NCBI GenBank assembly: GCA_002269645.1
Contig: NIVC01000010.1
Location: 1,674,001 to 1,738,000, forward strand
Direction: 5' to 3'
From: Macrostomum lignano
Lineage: Eukaryota
DNA length: 64,000 bases
Position numbers and translations under genes: made by a program. Under the pieces are notes generated by a model that ran no database searches, was not told the origin of the DNA, and saw only the letters and a list, made by a program, of their open reading frames with translations. Each line of letters opens with the position of its first letter. The stretch's first letter is position 1. Positions 60,070 to 64,000 of this stretch are shown piece after piece.

Positions 60070-63000
60070 ATGGACAGGAGGATTTTCTCTGCTGCTGTGC
60101 TACTGCAAATCGTGACTGCAACCTATTTCGGTAGGAGTTATGCTATAATAGTTGTAGTGACATTTACGAGTATATCGATTCATGAAACTGCCTTTGATTG
60201 CCTTCTTTTAATCTGTAATTATAATAAAGTTGACGCAACAGCATAGCACTAGATTAGCACTAGATTCGCAACAGATTAGCACTGCCTGTTATTCCCTTCT
60301 CCTCCGACACCTCTTGTATGCTACAGCTTCAATGCAGATTAAAAAATCAATTCTATGTTTCTTTCTATTCTATTCTATGTCTATGAGGACTATGTTTCGC
60401 GCAATTTATTTTTCTGAATTTACAAAAAACAAACCAAAATTTACCTTCAGGTGGTGCGTTTGGGCAAAAGCAATGCACGAGCCTCAAGCATATGTCGAAT
60501 CTCCGTCTTACTAATGTTGGAGTCTTTCCAGGCGGAAGTTTGGTATCCCACAATGGATTCTCTGACGGCACTGGCAGCTATGAACACAATATGACGTGTC
60601 GCTGGACATTACAACTACCAAATACTATGACACTAATTCACGTCAATATATTAAGACTAGACCTGAAAGTTCGACACCATCATTTTTTTGCCGATTGCCC
60701 CTACGATCGTCTCACAGTAGAATTTAAAAACGCCATGACTCTTTACTGGGAAACAAAAGTGGCATGTGCAAGGTTGCACCTACCCTATTTTACTAGCGCA
60801 AGTGATGTTTATATATCGTTTTATACGGACAGCTCAATAGCTAAACGAGGCCTTCACTTGGTTTGGTACTTTGTTCCGGAATCGGTCGCCTACCGACTGC
60901 CATTGCCTGAGGATTGGTCTGGCAAGTAAACCGCGGATCACCTGTTTTACGCATCTATACTTAGCAACATTGCAAATTTGCCACCCCTTGCGCTAGTAAA
61001 TGGCCGGTCAACGCGGGTCAAAACCAAAAATAAAACTTAACATTATTTTTTTGAAAAACCTAAATTGAGGGTAACAGATTGCTCAAATCTAATTTACAAC
61101 GGGCTTTAACCAATTAAAAATTGATTTGAGCAATCTTGGACCCACAGAGCTAGCTACTGGAGGTAATGTGAATGGGCCCTAAGCAACCTCCTATTGAGAG
61201 TTCAAGAGCCTGGGACTTTATGTAGCGTACAATGGAGCTGGAGAGTCCGCCACAAAATGTCATGCAACTACGCCAAGTCATTGTAGAGATGCCTGGCAGA
61301 GTCTTCAGTGTAGAAATATTTCCCACTACCAGTATTTATTATCCCTGCAAGATTTACCGGTACTCTTCATAATCCTGATTTCGGTGACAAACGTTTTCGT
61401 AAGTAAAATAGTGTAGTACAGCCAAACAGCAAGAATTTTATAGTCACGATATTAACAGTGATTGTAACTTTTTGCTTTAGTTTTGAGGGTGCTTTTCTAC
61501 TCAAAAGATGAGTTTTTGCATAGGTAGATACACTTGCGTTTGGAAGTTTTCCGCCGGTTATCCTGGTTCAATTTATTACCTGTAGTGGATAACATAATTC
61601 CCAAAGCTTTTTGTACGAACCCCGCTCAAGCGAAGCTTTTTGTGTATTCTGATAAAATGTTACAAATGATTCTTTGGTGTATATAGTCGAATCAGTGTCC
61701 CCAGCGAGGGTTGCAATTAGACTAAACCGCATTCCTGACCTCGGTAGCTACTATACGAAATACGATTTCTGTGATGTGACATTTTCCTCACGTACTGTTT
61801 TAGCACCTGTGAATGATTGTCCCGAGTTTTTTCAAAACAATGGAACACTGATAGTGACCACCGATCGTTCCAACTACGACTGTACCTGGCGCTGGGAGCT
61901 CGGTGCCGAGCATGCCATGAAGATGTTTATAGAATACGTGGACTTTGGCCCCGCAGACAACTTGAGATCACACGGTACACGCTAATTCTGATTTATGATT
62001 GTTAAATAAAATTTACACGCTTGCAAATTCTAAAGCAGATGACAAATAACCAGTACTCATAAAATTGTATGCAGTTCTCGAATGCTTCTTGCAGAAAACT
62101 GCTGCAATGCACACACCGGAAGGCTTACTGTGCAGTTTACAAATAGAATTGGTCAAGGTGAAGAATTGTGCTTCTGCGGCAACAGCACAGTAAATGAAAC
62201 CATTGAAGCCTACGTCTGGATCACGGTACACTTTTATATGATCGAGACATATCAGGGCAGAGGGACTCGTGTGAATTTCCAGCGACTGAGATGTGAGTTC
62301 CTTCTAATTTTTTTACATAGTTTTAAATAGAAGCTGTACAACTCTATTTGGATCAGAAATCCATATTGGATAAATAGATTTCTAGAGACTACGGTCCTAC
62401 GTTCGCATACAGTAATTTTGCCGGACGTTGGATTTGGGTACCAAATTCTTTGTTGAGAAAAGACGTTCTTAGTTTTTTCGAATAACTTGCAATATTTCAC
62501 CTTAGCTTCAGAATCGAAAGTCGAGCAAGTTACGAGCTACTTAGCTTGGATATATTTGTGAATGAACTTGGACAAAAACATACTTTGTTAAAAAATTGCT
62601 TCATTTTTAACCCGTACCTTACGCTCAGAGATACTGTCAACGTATTGCAAAAGAACCCAATTGCAAAATTACCAATCTCGCCATAACATTTATTATTGCA
62701 ATCGGAATTTTTTGCAACAAAACTTTTTAGTACAAAAGAATTCTAACTGCTCGCAGCCTCAACTATTAGATAGATACCACATCAAGCTTTCGGATACACT
62801 GACTAGAACTGGCATCGGTTCGTGCATCTGGTCGTTCCGACCAATAGACAATGATCATTTGATAATACTTACCATCAACCGCCTCATTATGGAATCATTA
62901 AGCCGGTATAAAAATTCGTGAGTATTTAATATATCACTTATACGCTCGCATTTACATGTACACTTGTACAAGCTTGTAATTATATGTTTTATTAGAACCA

Positions 63001-64000
63001 TGGGCAACTCCAAAATACGCTCGTAGGACACTACAAAATAGACGTATTTCACCAGAATTGCACCATAATTGCTGGTGTTCGGTAGCATTTCAGCTTGATA
63101 AATTTGTGAGTTTAAATAACGAAACAAAAAATTCTGAGTACAATTTGGAGAAAAAAATTCTAGCTTCATTTGGAACTTCGAGGTCCTTATAATTTCAGAA
63201 AGCTTCTCATTTTGCTAATGCGTTTGCTGCGAAAACCGGTCACTAGGGAGATTTGGACGATTTGTGAAATTAGTCACTTATTTTAGATCAACGAACTGTA
63301 TGCTTATATTAATAAGTATTAAATGGTGGCTGAATACTGGAAAAACATTTTAGCCAAAGTACCAGGTACTGTACAGTTCTGTGACTTGTACAGTAAATTG
63401 TAAACAGGTAATACACTGCCTACTATATTAGCAAGTACAGATGTACATAATTTATCGCAACCAGTGCAACCGCAGTAATAAAAAAATCAATAACAATATA
63501 GCAAATTCTACCCCATTTTTCCATGACCTGCTGTCTTTTGTCATACAGATAAAAAAGAGAGGTTAAATTGCGTCTGAAAGAAACGTCTGAGCCTCAATTG
63601 CTGCACTTTCTGTGAACTTTTGTGGCTACTATTTGCTGCAAGTTGTAAAGTTGTTTGCTTCAATAAGTTAGCTCGTACTAAGCAATTAAAATCCACTTTG
63701 TGTATTCCGCTGCACAATCGAAAAATTTTAGGAGACTCGTCTGTCCATGCGAAATGAAGGTGCAAGGTAGACAGTTAAACCCATCGATAATGGATCAACG
63801 GACTGCAAACCCTTACAGGAATGAATCACCGAGGGTGAGCAGGTCTTACATGAGGACCAAAGTTTGTTGCAACATTCCTAACAAACGTCAATTCATGTTT
63901 TCTGGGCTCGTCGAAATCAATATTACTTTTGATGAAAACAAGGTTCTCAGCTACGATTTGGACATTCAGAATGTTCCACATGCTGGCCCTGGATCGGAAA
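60070..64000 (+). CDS. multi-CUB membrane protein paralogue D, 5' part (runs off the window)
   Basis: Signal exon 60070-60130 (MDRRIFSAAVLLQIVTATYF). CUB exon 60451-60921 is orthologous to C exon 4. Then 61804-61974, 62095-62292, 62731-62917 and ~63732-64000 match C exons 5-8 (e.g. VCCN..VEINITF..YDLDIQNVP..PGS vs RCCG..VSIKLNM..YEIDVQHFP..PGS). A possible small exon at ~63031-63107 is unresolved. Confidence 0.8.

Overview
AT-rich eukaryotic (animal) genomic DNA with spliceosomal introns and many repeats. A free-living flatworm such as Macrostomum is only a stylistic guess. All gene models were built by hand from GT/AG sites, exon phase and remembered family motifs, with no database search. 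Genes from left to right: (1) a 6-exon OCRL/INPP5B-like gene (minus, 3121-8042) whose 5-phosphatase motifs all appear eroded while its RhoGAP domain has Arg at the arginine-finger position; (2) a 3-exon 3' fragment of a CUB/transmembrane receptor gene (copy A, minus, 8976-10294); (3) an 8-exon Asteroid/ASTE1 nuclease gene (minus, 13356-22749) with a different tandem repeat in every intron. Then comes an ~8 kb strongly CpG-depleted block (22.2-30.3 kb) and a young full-length Ty3/Gypsy element (30344-40973). Its 5' LTR carries a DNA transposon, which itself carries a MITE. The right part is a tandem cluster of multi-CUB type-I membrane protein genes: pseudogene B (42259-44558), intact C (46486-56601, ~1377 aa) and partial D (60070 to the window end). 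Top leads: the pseudophosphatase OCRL paralogue, patchwork gene conversion among the CUB-receptor paralogues, and the local CpG-decay (methylation) domain.
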